Positions 17,256-25,261 of a DNA stretch of 32,000 nt are shown in pieces. The stretch's first letter is position 1, and each line of letters opens with the position of its first letter. Source of the stretch: Candidatus Saccharimonadota bacterium. Lineage in GTDB: Bacteria; Patescibacteriota; Saccharimonadia; Saccharimonadales; UBA4665. The stretch spans positions 420,001 to 452,000 of the forward strand of contig OY970322.1 in NCBI GenBank assembly GCA_963716945.1. The letters run 5' to 3'. The notes under the pieces are model-generated. The model had not been told where the DNA came from. It searched no databases and saw only the letters and a list, made by a program, of their open reading frames with translations. The translations under genes were made by a program, and so were the position numbers.

Positions 17256-17360
17256 AACCAAATATCATATAGCAAGGTAAATGCTGAGCACATTTAATGG
17301 TAAGGGAAACGCCCGCCGGGCCTAAAACCGGGCGCTCGTTTCCAATGAATAGGAGGCAGC

Positions 17361-17828
17361 ATGAAATGCACCCAATGCCCAAGCGATGACATCAAAGTCA
17401 TTGAATCGCGGGACGTGGCAGAGGGCCAAGCCATTCGCCGCCGCCGCATGTGTAATGGTTGCGGACATCGTTTCACGACTTACGAGCGTCTCGAACGCCC
17501 CCAGCTGATCGTTATTAAGAACGATGGCAAACGTGAATTGTTTAACCGGGCAAAACTTCTGGCAGGGCTCTACCGGGCCTGCGAGAAGACGGCCGTGACC
17601 AGCCTGCAGCTCGAGAAGGTCGTCAACGCGATCGAACAGGAGCTTTACGAATGCGGCGAGCAAGAGGTACGCTCAACGCGTATCGGCGAACTGGTGATGG
17701 ACCAGCTGGCCCGTCTCAATGAAGTCGCTTATGTGCGTTTTGCCAGCGTCTACCGGCGCTTTAAGGACATCGCAGGTTTCGAACAGGAACTGTCCTTAGT
17801 CAAGCAGGGCAAACATATAGCGGCCTGA
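17361..17828 (+). CDS. nrdR: Transcriptional repressor NrdR
   Basis: N-terminal zinc ribbon MKCTQCPS...CNGCGHRFTTYERLE plus an ATP-cone. SD AGGAGG. Confidence 0.95.
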   Translation: MKCTQCPSDDIKVIESRDVAEGQAIRRRRMCNGCGHRFTTYERLERPQLIVIKNDGKRELFNRAKLLAGLYRACEKTAVTSLQLEKVVNAIEQELYECGEQEVRSTRIGELVMDQLARLNEVAYVRFASVYRRFKDIAGFEQELSLVKQGKHIAA

Positions 17829-17926
17829 ACTCCGTATCCGTCGAGAGCAGGATACGGCCAAAACTCCAATCAAAACCACCAACAAATAAAAACTTAAAAA
17901 ACTATAAGAAGTGAGGGACACACACT

Positions 17927-20782
17927 ATGGCACAGACAACCAGCTTAGGGGTAGCACGGCTTTTTACCCCCGCGAAAAGTAAGGCGTACGACCAGCTCAA
18001 ATGGACGAAGCGCGACTCTATTATTAAGAACCCGATGAACGACACCCCTGTATTCGAGCAGAAAGGCGTCGAATTTCCTGAAGGCTGGTCGCTTAATGCC
18101 GTCAACATAGTGGCCCAGAAATATTTCACCGGCACCCCCGGTTCCAAAGAGCGCGAGAGCTCTTTGCGCCACCTGATCGACAGGGTAGTCGACACCGTTA
18201 CCCGCCAGGGCGTCCAAGAGGGTTACTTCAGCAGCGAAACCGAGGCCGAAGACTTCCGAGAAGAACTCAAGTACATCTTGGCGACCCAGCGGGCGGCTTT
18301 CAACAGCCCGGTCTGGTTCAATATCGGCGTGCCGGAGCGCGCCCAGCAGGCCAGCGCCTGTTTCATCCTCGGCATCGAAGACACCATGCCGTCGATTCTT
18401 AATTGGTACGTCGAAGAAGGCATGATCTTCAAGGGCGGTTCCGGCTCGGGCATTAACATCAGCCCGATCAGGTCTTCCGTCGAACGCCTCGGCAAGAGCG
18501 CCGGTACGGCCAGCGGCCCCTTGAGCTTCATGCGCGGCGCCGACGCCAGCGCCGGAGCGATTAAGAGCGGCGGCAAGACCCGCCGGGCAGCCAAGATGGT
18601 CATCCTCAATGTCGACCACCCCGATGTCATGGAATTCATCTGGAGCAAAGCCATCGAAGAGCGCAAAGCCCGCGACCTCCAGACCCTGGGCTGGGACATG
18701 AGCCTTGACGGCAAGGACAGCTTCAGCGTCCAGTACCAGAACGCTAACATTTCAGTCCGCGTTACCGACGACTTCATGCAAGCCGTCCAGGACGACGATG
18801 ACTGGGACCTGCGCGCCGTTACTACGGGCAAGAGCATCAAGAAGGTCAAAGCCCGCGACCTGTTCCGGCAATTCGCCGAAGCCGCCTGGGAGTGTGCCGA
18901 CCCCGGCATGCAGTTCGACACCACCATCAACAAATGGCACACCACCCCGGTCGCCGGACGCATTAACGGCTCCAACCCTTGCAGCGAATACATGCACTTG
19001 GATAACTCGGCCTGCAACCTGGCCAGCATCAACTTGCTGAAGTTCCTCAAAGACGACAATACCTTTGACATCAAGGCTTTCATGCACACCACCGAGCTGA
19101 TTTTCACCGCCCAGGAAATCCTGGTCGGCTACAGCGAATACCCGACCGAGTCTATCGGCAAGAACGCCAAGGCCTACCGCGAACTCGGTATCGGTTACGC
19201 CAACATCGGCGCTTTGCTGATGGCTTTGGGTTTGCCCTATGACTCTGACGAGGGCCGGGCCATCGCGGCCGCCATCACGGCGCTGCTGACCGGTCATTCC
19301 TACGCTACCAGCGCCAAGATTGCCAACCGTGTCGGGCCGTTCAGCGGTTTCGCCAAGGACCGCGAGGGCATGTTGAACGTGCTGCGCATGCACCGGGCCG
19401 AAGTTTCCAAGATTGACGCCAGCCTGGTACCCGAAGAGTTGCTCAGCGCGGCCGCCAGCGCGTGGGACGAAGCTGTCGAACTGGGCGAACTGTACGGTGT
19501 CCGCAACAGCCAGGCCAGCGTTTTGGCGCCGACTGGCACCATCGGCCTGATGATGGATTGTGACACCACCGGTATCGAACCCGACCTTGGCTTGGTTAAA
19601 GTCAAGAAACTGGTCGGCGGCGGTACCATGAGCATCGTCAACCAAACCGTGCCGCGCGCCCTGAAGATCCTGGGCTACACCAAGCCCCAGATCGATGCTA
19701 TCGTCGCTTACATCGACGAAGAGAAGACCATTCTAGGCGCGCCGGCCCTCAAGCGGGAACACGAGGCCGTCTTCGCCTGCTCGATGGGCGACAACTCGAT
19801 CCACTACCTGGGCCACGTCAAGATGATGGCCGCCGTCCAGCCTTTCCTGTCCGGCGCTATCAGCAAGACCGTCAACATGCCCGAAGAAGCCACCGTCGAA
19901 GACATCGAACAGATCCACATCGACGCCTGGAAGATGGGCCTCAAGGCCGTGGCTATTTACCGCGACAACTGCAAGGTCGCCCAGCCGCTCAGCATGGCCA
20001 AGAAGGCCGGTGCTCCGGAGGCCCAGCCGGCTACCGCCGCTGCCGCGACTCCGGTCGAAGCTACCGAAGCCGTCAATGACAAGTATGTCGTCAAAGGCAC
20101 CATCCGCCGCGAACTGCCGAAGTCACGCAACGCCAGGACGATCGCTTTCAAGGTCGCCGGCAGCAAGGGCTACGTCACCGTCGGTGAATTCGAAGACGGC
20201 ACCCCCGGCGAAGTCTTCATCAAGATCGCCAAGCAAGGTTCCACCTTGGCCGGCATCATGGACTCCCTGGCTATCTCGATCAGCTACGGTTTGCAGTACG
20301 GCGTGCCCCTCAAGAGTTACGTCCACGGCCTGACCAGCATGTCTTTCGCGCCGGCCGGCATCACCGATGATCCCGAAATCCGGACGGCTTCCAGCTTGGT
20401 AGATTACGTTTTCCGCCGCCTGGCGCTGAGCTACCTGAGTTTCGACGATTTGCTGGAACTCGGCATGGCCTCTATCGATGATATGCCTACCGACAGCCAG
20501 ACCAGCCTGCTGGCCGAAAGCGACCTTCTGACCGAAGATCCGGTAGTCGCCGCCGAAACCAAGACCGAGGCCCCGTCCGCGGCTGCCGCCCAGCCGGCAC
20601 CTTCGATTAGCTCTGCCGCTCCCCGGACACCGGAGGCCCCGGCCTCGCTATCCGTTAAGAAACCGGCCGCCGTCAAAAGAGACGACACCGCGCCCATCTG
20701 TTACAACTGTGGCAACCAAACCCAGCGCGCCGGCAGCTGCTACGTCTGCACCTCCTGCGGCTCCACCACCGGCTGCAGCTAA
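17927..20782 (+). CDS. nrdJ: Adenosylcobalamin-dependent ribonucleotide reductase, class II
   Basis: RNR barrel motifs (SNPCSEY, CNLASINL), length 951 aa, and the C-terminal CYNCG...CYVCTSCG zinc/redox tail typical of NrdJ. It is co-oriented directly after nrdR. Confidence 0.95.
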   Translation: MAQTTSLGVARLFTPAKSKAYDQLKWTKRDSIIKNPMNDTPVFEQKGVEFPEGWSLNAVNIVAQKYFTGTPGSKERESSLRHLIDRVVDTVTRQGVQEGYFSSETEAEDFREELKYILATQRAAFNSPVWFNIGVPERAQQASACFILGIEDTMPSILNWYVEEGMIFKGGSGSGINISPIRSSVERLGKSAGTASGPLSFMRGADASAGAIKSGGKTRRAAKMVILNVDHPDVMEFIWSKAIEERKARDLQTLGWDMSLDGKDSFSVQYQNANISVRVTDDFMQAVQDDDDWDLRAVTTGKSIKKVKARDLFRQFAEAAWECADPGMQFDTTINKWHTTPVAGRINGSNPCSEYMHLDNSACNLASINLLKFLKDDNTFDIKAFMHTTELIFTAQEILVGYSEYPTESIGKNAKAYRELGIGYANIGALLMALGLPYDSDEGRAIAAAITALLTGHSYATSAKIANRVGPFSGFAKDREGMLNVLRMHRAEVSKIDASLVPEELLSAAASAWDEAVELGELYGVRNSQASVLAPTGTIGLMMDCDTTGIEPDLGLVKVKKLVGGGTMSIVNQTVPRALKILGYTKPQIDAIVAYIDEEKTILGAPALKREHEAVFACSMGDNSIHYLGHVKMMAAVQPFLSGAISKTVNMPEEATVEDIEQIHIDAWKMGLKAVAIYRDNCKVAQPLSMAKKAGAPEAQPATAAAATPVEATEAVNDKYVVKGTIRRELPKSRNARTIAFKVAGSKGYVTVGEFEDGTPGEVFIKIAKQGSTLAGIMDSLAISISYGLQYGVPLKSYVHGLTSMSFAPAGITDDPEIRTASSLVDYVFRRLALSYLSFDDLLELGMASIDDMPTDSQTSLLAESDLLTEDPVVAAETKTEAPSAAAAQPAPSISSAAPRTPEAPASLSVKKPAAVKRDDTAPICYNCGNQTQRAGSCYVCTSCGSTTGCS

Positions 20783-20797
20783 GAGACTTTAGCTAGC

Positions 20798-21064
20798 TTA
20801 AGCCGCGATTTCAGAACCTATAACCTGAGCTACCGCTTCAAAGCCGGACGTTAAGCTAACCGCATTACTTACTACGGTCGTGCCTAAATTGGCTGATGCC
20901 GTACTCACAGGGTATGCGCCTAGTCTGTAGCCGCCATCCATCGGTGTATCGGCGCAAGCCATAGCCGTTTCAATGGCTTTATGGATAGTAGCGTTGTATT
21001 GACCGGTGTGGTCGGCAAATGATCTGACACCGGTGTAAAAATCAATATCTTCTTGGACTGCCAT
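20798..21064 (-). CDS. Hypothetical protein B, 88 aa (second gene of the attenuator-controlled operon)
   Basis: Perfect SD AAGGAG 6 nt upstream of ATG 21064. A/T-ending codon usage. The C-terminal half is rich in small residues. No family recognised. Confidence 0.7.
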   Translation of the reverse strand: MAVQEDIDFYTGVRSFADHTGQYNATIHKAIETAMACADTPMDGGYRLGAYPVSTASANLGTTVVSNAVSLTSGFEAVAQVIGSEIAA

Positions 21065-21108
21065 TTTTGACTCCTTTTAGTTTAGTTAATTTTAGATATA
21101 TATGTTCG

Positions 21109-21495
21109 CTAAGCCGGTCTATCTGTAAACCACCGCATGCGCTTAGCCCTTTCGGCAGCCCCTTCTTCGGGGATAGCCATAATGGTTCGGGCCGGCTCGC
21201 CCTGATCGGCTTTACCGGGGTCGACTCTGGCGCCCAAACCGGCAAAGACTATCTCGGCCGCAAGGTATACGTCTTCAAGATCGGGATCTCGCAAAGCCGC
21301 TTCTTTAAGTTCGTCATTGCTGTGCTCACCAGGCAGCTGGACGTGCAGCTGGAACTTATATTCCTGACCGCCCAGAACCTCGTCAACTGCCGCACGCGCC
21401 ATTGCGAAATCAACGTCAGTCCGGCTTCTGGTTTCAAAGCTCGACGAAGACGCCCCATAAGGATTGGCCGATAATTCTGATCGAATAGCTCCCAT
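21109..21495 (-). CDS. Hypothetical protein A, 128 aa (first gene of the attenuator-controlled operon)
   Basis: SD GGAAGGA sits just upstream of ATG 21495 (the track start, TTG 21507, lies inside the SD/terminator tail). The protein is acidic and soluble-looking. The competing + strand ORF 21067-21474 has a mirror-frame composition. Confidence 0.65.
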   Translation of the reverse strand: MGAIRSELSANPYGASSSSFETRSRTDVDFAMARAAVDEVLGGQEYKFQLHVQLPGEHSNDELKEAALRDPDLEDVYLAAEIVFAGLGARVDPGKADQGEPARTIMAIPEEGAAERAKRMRWFTDRPA

Positions 21496-21508
21496 ATTTC
21501 CTTCCAAA

Positions 21509-21542
21509 ATTAAAAAAATCAGGTTTCGGTTGAAGCCTGATT
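21509..21542 (-). terminator. Intrinsic terminator inside the leader, immediately upstream of the SD of CDS 21109-21495
   Basis: - strand AAUCAGGCUUC-AACC-GAAACCUGAUU (11-bp stem with one G.U pair) followed by UUUUUUUAAUUUU. The ATG is 17 nt after the U run. Confidence 0.75.
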
Positions 21543-21669
21543 ACTTTGCCGGGTTGTGCTGGAGCCGCGTTATTAAGCGCGGGCTAGGCTTCAACCATGG
21601 TGAAGCACAACCCCGTAAGGTTGAGGAGGAGTTGTTCCGACCGGTGCTTCATGGTTTTAGCCATATCAA
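21509..21669 (-). promoter_or_regulatory. ~160-nt cis-regulatory leader RNA (terminator/antiterminator switch; class unknown)
   Basis: GGUUGAAGCCU (21596-21586) is 11/11 complementary to AGGCUUCAACC (21538-21528) in the terminator. Alternative helices are GCUUCA/UGAAGC, GGGUUGUGCU (21613-21604) with AGCACAACCC (21560-21551), and CCAUG-AAGCAC with GUGCUU..CAUGG. See findings. Confidence 0.6.
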
Positions 21670-21675
21670 GTATCT

Positions 21676-21704
21676 TTTATAGCACAGGCAGCCCAGCCAT
21701 ACAA
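21676..21704 (-). promoter_or_regulatory. Promoter of the leader and two-gene operon
   Basis: - strand TTGTAT (21704-21699), 17-nt spacer, TATAAA (21681-21676). Confidence 0.6.
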
Positions 21705-21772
21705 GCCTGGGCGTCCGGCGCGTTGTAATATTTTAAAAGCCGCCATCAGGCTTATGCTAAACTGGACTTATC

Positions 21773-22039
21773 ATGAAAGTGCTTATTCTGTACCGGCCCA
21801 ATTCCGAGCATGGCAGGACGATAGAGGAGTTTATCCATGAATACCAGCGACGGCACCAGTCGGACCGCCTCGAAGTACTCAGTATCGATACCAGGGAGGG
21901 CAGTGCCACGGCCACGCTTTACGACGTCGTCCAGTATCCGGCCATCCTGGTTCTGGAGACAGACGGTTACGTTCAGAAGATCTGGCAGGGCGACAGCTTG
22001 CCGATGATGGACGAGGTCGCCTCTTACGCCCACGTCTAA
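21773..22039 (+). CDS. Small hypothetical protein, 88 aa, possibly thioredoxin-like fold without CxxC
   Basis: The beta-alpha-beta start MKVLILYRPNSEH and YPAILVLE resemble a Trx/glutaredoxin-like fold, but no redox cysteines are present. The functional call is weak. Confidence 0.6.
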   Translation: MKVLILYRPNSEHGRTIEEFIHEYQRRHQSDRLEVLSIDTREGSATATLYDVVQYPAILVLETDGYVQKIWQGDSLPMMDEVASYAHV

Positions 22040-22069
22040 GCTTGTGCTATAGTTAGGGTACAATTTGGC

Positions 22070-22250
22070 AAATCCGTAAGAGCGGCTATCAACCGCGAGG
22101 AGCGGGAAGAAAGGCTGATAAGGCCCAGTAGAACCCGCCGGGCAAGCCCGTTACAGCTGAAACCAAGCGCTTTTGAGGTCACCTCGAAGGAAACCGGATG
22201 GCACCGTCCTGCACCAGGACTCCGGTAACCGACAGGTGATTTTTATTTAC
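22070..22250 (+). promoter_or_regulatory. T-box riboswitch leader (Ile specifier) of ileS
   Basis: Antiterminator-type element: helix CCGGA (22194-22198) / TCCGG (22221-22225), 7-nt bulge TGGCACC (22199-22205), and helix GTCCTG / CAGGAC with loop CAC. The sequence AACCGGATGGCACCGTC resembles the T-box consensus AAnnnGGGUGGUACCGCG. The hairpin GCGG-CTATCAA-CCGC (22082-22096) displays AUC followed by A. A U tract lies at 22240-22249. Confidence 0.7.
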
Positions 22251-22271
22251 AACAGGGGACGCCAACAACGC

Positions 22272-25193
22272 ATGAAATTCAAGCAATCCACCCGCCGCCA
22301 GCCCGCCGTCTACGAGAAGGACCTGGTGCAATACTGGAAGCAGCACCGGACTTTTGAGAAGTCGGTCGAGTCGCGGCCGGCCGCCGACGCCTACGTTTTC
22401 TATGACGGGCCGCCGTTCATCACCGGCGTGCCGCATGTCGGCACGCTGTTATCGAGCATTATCAAGGACGCCGTCCCGCGCTACTGGACGATGAAGGGCA
22501 AGCGCGTCGAACGCGTCTGGGGCTGGGATTGCCACGGCCTGCCGGCCGAAGTTTTCACCGAGCAGAAGCTGGGCATCCACGACCGGCGCGACATCGGTAC
22601 CAAAGTCAGTCTCGAGGAATACATTCTGACTTGCCGCGCCAACATGGTCCAGACCGGCAACGAGTGGGAGGACGTCATCGACCGTATCGGCCGCTGGGTC
22701 GATTTCCGGGGCGCTTATAAGACAATGGACAAAGATTACATGGAATCCGTCTGGTGGGCCTTCAAACAGCTCTATGAGGCCGGTAAGATCTACGAGGGCG
22801 AGAAAGTACTGCTGTACTGTGTCCGCGACGCCACGCCGATCAGCAAAGCCGAAGTCGCCATGGACAACTCCTACCAGGACGTCACCGACCCGAGCGTGTA
22901 CGTCAAGCTCAAGCTCAAGGACAGCGACGCCTCGCTGCTGGCCTGGACGACGACCCCTTGGACTTTGCCGGCCAACACCGCTGCCGCCGTTAATGCCGCC
23001 GAAACCTACGCCGAAGTCAGGGTCGGGGACGAGACCCTAATTATCGCCGAGGAGCTCGTACCAAAAGTATTAACCGATGAAAAACACCAGCCGCTAACCT
23101 ACGAAACCCTACGTACCTACAAGGGCCAAGACCTGGTCGGCAAAGGCTACGAACCGCTCTTCGAAGACCGCGGCCGCAACGCCCACCGGGTCTGGGCCGC
23201 CGACTACGTTACCTTAGAAGAGGGCACCGGCATCGTCCACCTGGCCCCGGCTTACGGCGAAGAAGATTACTGGCTGTCGAGGCAGGAAGGCTTCCCGCTG
23301 GTCCAGAACCTCGACGACAGCGGTTTCTACACCGAAGGCGAGTGGCAGGGCCAGTACGTTTGGGACGCCAACAAGCCGATCGCCAAGACCCTCCACGAAC
23401 GCGGCGTTATCTGGAAAATCGACTACATCACGCACAGCTACCCCCATTGCCACCGCTGCGGTACCAAACTGATGTACCGCGCCCACCCCAGTTGGTTTAT
23501 GGATATAAACGGCCAGCGCGAGCAAATGCTCGCGCAAAACGCCTCGGTCAACTGGTTCCCGGCCCACATCAAACAGGGCCGTTTCGCCAAAACCGTCGAA
23601 TCGGCGCCGGACTGGAACATCAGCCGCGACCGCTTCTGGGCGACGGCCATGCCGGTCTGGAAAGGCACCGATAAGAGTGGTAAAGAGCACATCAAGGTCA
23701 TCGGCAGCTACGCCGAGCTCAAGGAGTTATCAGGTAAAGAGCTGGAAGATTACCACCGGCCCTGGATTGACGATGTAGCCTTCACAATAGACGGCGTTGA
23801 ATACAAACGTATCGACAAGGTTTTGGACTGCTGGTTCGAGAGCGGCTCGATGCCGTTCGCCCAATTCCATTACCCGTTCGAGAACACCGACAAGTTCGAG
23901 CAGAATTTCCCCGGTGATTTCATTGCCGAATATGTCGGCCAAGTCCGCGCCTGGTTCTACTACCTGCACGCCGTCTCGGTCGGCCTGTTCGATACCAAAG
24001 CTTTCAACAACGTCGTCGTCACCGGTACGCTGGCCGGCAACGACGGCCGCAAGATGAGTAAGAGCTTCGGCAACTACACCGACCCCAACGAACTGATGGA
24101 CAAATACAGCGCCGACGCCCTCAGGTTCCTGCTCCTGGGCTCGCCGGTCTTAAACGGCGAAGACGCCGTCCTCCAAGATAAGGACGTGGCCGATACCAGC
24201 CGCAAACTGGCCATGGTCTGGAACATGTACGACTTCTTCACGCTCTACGCCGACGTCGACGGCTGGGAGTGGGACGGCAGCCTTGAAGACCCGGCGCCGG
24301 ACCTGGGCAACCCGCTTGACCAATGGATCGTCAGCCGCGTCCACCAGCTTAGCGGCGAAGTTGACGGCCACATGCAGCGTTATGACCTGCCGAACGCCCT
24401 CAAGCCCGTCCTGCCGTTCATCGATGACGCCAGCAACTGGTACGTCCGCCGCAGCCGCAAACGTTTCTGGAAGAGCGACAACGACGGCGACAAAGCCGCG
24501 GCCTACCGCACGCTGCACTATGTCCTGGTCCAGCTAAGCCTTATCATGGCGCCGTTCACGCCGTTTATGGCCGAGGAGCTTTATCGCCGGCTGACCGGCG
24601 GCGAATCGGTCCACCTCTGCGACTGGCCGGCCGCCGGCCACGTCAACGAACTGATAATCAAGGACATGGCCAACACGCGGGAAGCGATCACGGTCGGTTT
24701 GGCCCAGCGCGCCCAAGCCGGCCTGAAGGTCCGCCAGCCGCTGGCTTCAGCTACCGTCTTCTGGGACTCTTTCGCCAGCCGGCCGCCGCAGGAGCTGGAC
24801 GAATACCTGGCCGTAATCAGGGAAGAGCTCAACGTCAAAGAAGTTAAGTTCAACCATCTTGAAAACTCTTTGCCCGGCAGCGTATCGGTCAGTCTCGACC
24901 TCAAGCTGACGCCCGAACTCAAGCGCGAAGGCCTGGCCCGCGAAGTCATCCGCCATGTCCAGCAGGCCCGCAAACAGGCCGGCCTCCAGGTCGACGACCG
25001 CATAGACCTCCGTCTTGAGTCCGACAGCCCCCGGCTGCGCGCTTTACTAAAAGACGCCGCTTTAACGGATACGATCAAGCAGGAAACGCTGGCCGTCTCG
25101 CTGAACCGGCACCGGCCGGACGGCTTCACAAGCACCGTACAGGTCGACGGCCACGGCCTTACGCTCAGCTTGGCTAAGGCAAGCAGGCAATAA
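22272..25193 (+). CDS. ileS: Isoleucyl-tRNA synthetase
   Basis: HIGH-type motif (PHVGT), KMSKS, and the class Ia editing and anticodon-binding architecture. The start is taken as ATG 22272 (MKFKQS). The track start at 22173 lies inside the T-box leader. Confidence 0.95.
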   Translation: MKFKQSTRRQPAVYEKDLVQYWKQHRTFEKSVESRPAADAYVFYDGPPFITGVPHVGTLLSSIIKDAVPRYWTMKGKRVERVWGWDCHGLPAEVFTEQKLGIHDRRDIGTKVSLEEYILTCRANMVQTGNEWEDVIDRIGRWVDFRGAYKTMDKDYMESVWWAFKQLYEAGKIYEGEKVLLYCVRDATPISKAEVAMDNSYQDVTDPSVYVKLKLKDSDASLLAWTTTPWTLPANTAAAVNAAETYAEVRVGDETLIIAEELVPKVLTDEKHQPLTYETLRTYKGQDLVGKGYEPLFEDRGRNAHRVWAADYVTLEEGTGIVHLAPAYGEEDYWLSRQEGFPLVQNLDDSGFYTEGEWQGQYVWDANKPIAKTLHERGVIWKIDYITHSYPHCHRCGTKLMYRAHPSWFMDINGQREQMLAQNASVNWFPAHIKQGRFAKTVESAPDWNISRDRFWATAMPVWKGTDKSGKEHIKVIGSYAELKELSGKELEDYHRPWIDDVAFTIDGVEYKRIDKVLDCWFESGSMPFAQFHYPFENTDKFEQNFPGDFIAEYVGQVRAWFYYLHAVSVGLFDTKAFNNVVVTGTLAGNDGRKMSKSFGNYTDPNELMDKYSADALRFLLLGSPVLNGEDAVLQDKDVADTSRKLAMVWNMYDFFTLYADVDGWEWDGSLEDPAPDLGNPLDQWIVSRVHQLSGEVDGHMQRYDLPNALKPVLPFIDDASNWYVRRSRKRFWKSDNDGDKAAAYRTLHYVLVQLSLIMAPFTPFMAEELYRRLTGGESVHLCDWPAAGHVNELIIKDMANTREAITVGLAQRAQAGLKVRQPLASATVFWDSFASRPPQELDEYLAVIREELNVKEVKFNHLENSLPGSVSVSLDLKLTPELKREGLAREVIRHVQQARKQAGLQVDDRIDLRLESDSPRLRALLKDAALTDTIKQETLAVSLNRHRPDGFTSTVQVDGHGLTLSLAKASRQ

Positions 25194-25220
25194 TTCCGCC
25201 CGGGCCCTGCCGACCGACAC

Positions 25221-25249
25221 TTTACAGAGAGGACGAACTTTGGTATGCT
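25221..25249 (+). promoter_or_regulatory. Promoter of rplU
   Basis: TTTACA-17-TATGCT, 12 nt upstream of ATG 25262. Confidence 0.5.
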
Positions 25250-25261
25250 CTATTAACGCGT

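Noticed and set aside
17160-17926. Cobalamin riboswitch upstream of the B12-dependent RNR
   Set aside because: No B12-box-like core was seen. The region is explained by the promoter plus NrdR boxes. Class II RNR genes are not the usual targets of B12 riboswitches.
21067-21474. 135-aa + strand ORF competing with protein A
   Set aside because: It has no SD or promoter and a Cys/Phe/Arg-rich odd composition. The - strand frame has a strong SD, sits directly behind the leader terminator, and precedes a second co-oriented gene.
21464-21682. 72-aa + strand ORF across the leader region
   Set aside because: The region is better explained as the - strand leader RNA (promoter, alternative helices, terminator).
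22173-22271. N-terminal extensions of track ORFs (ileS from 22173, fmt from 7809, YqeY from 11562, parA from 26509, HExxH gene from 2075, protein A from 21507, ftsA from 13524)
   Set aside because: The extensions overlap upstream genes, leaders or promoters. Conserved N-termini with SD or promoter context begin at the internal ATGs used in the feature table.
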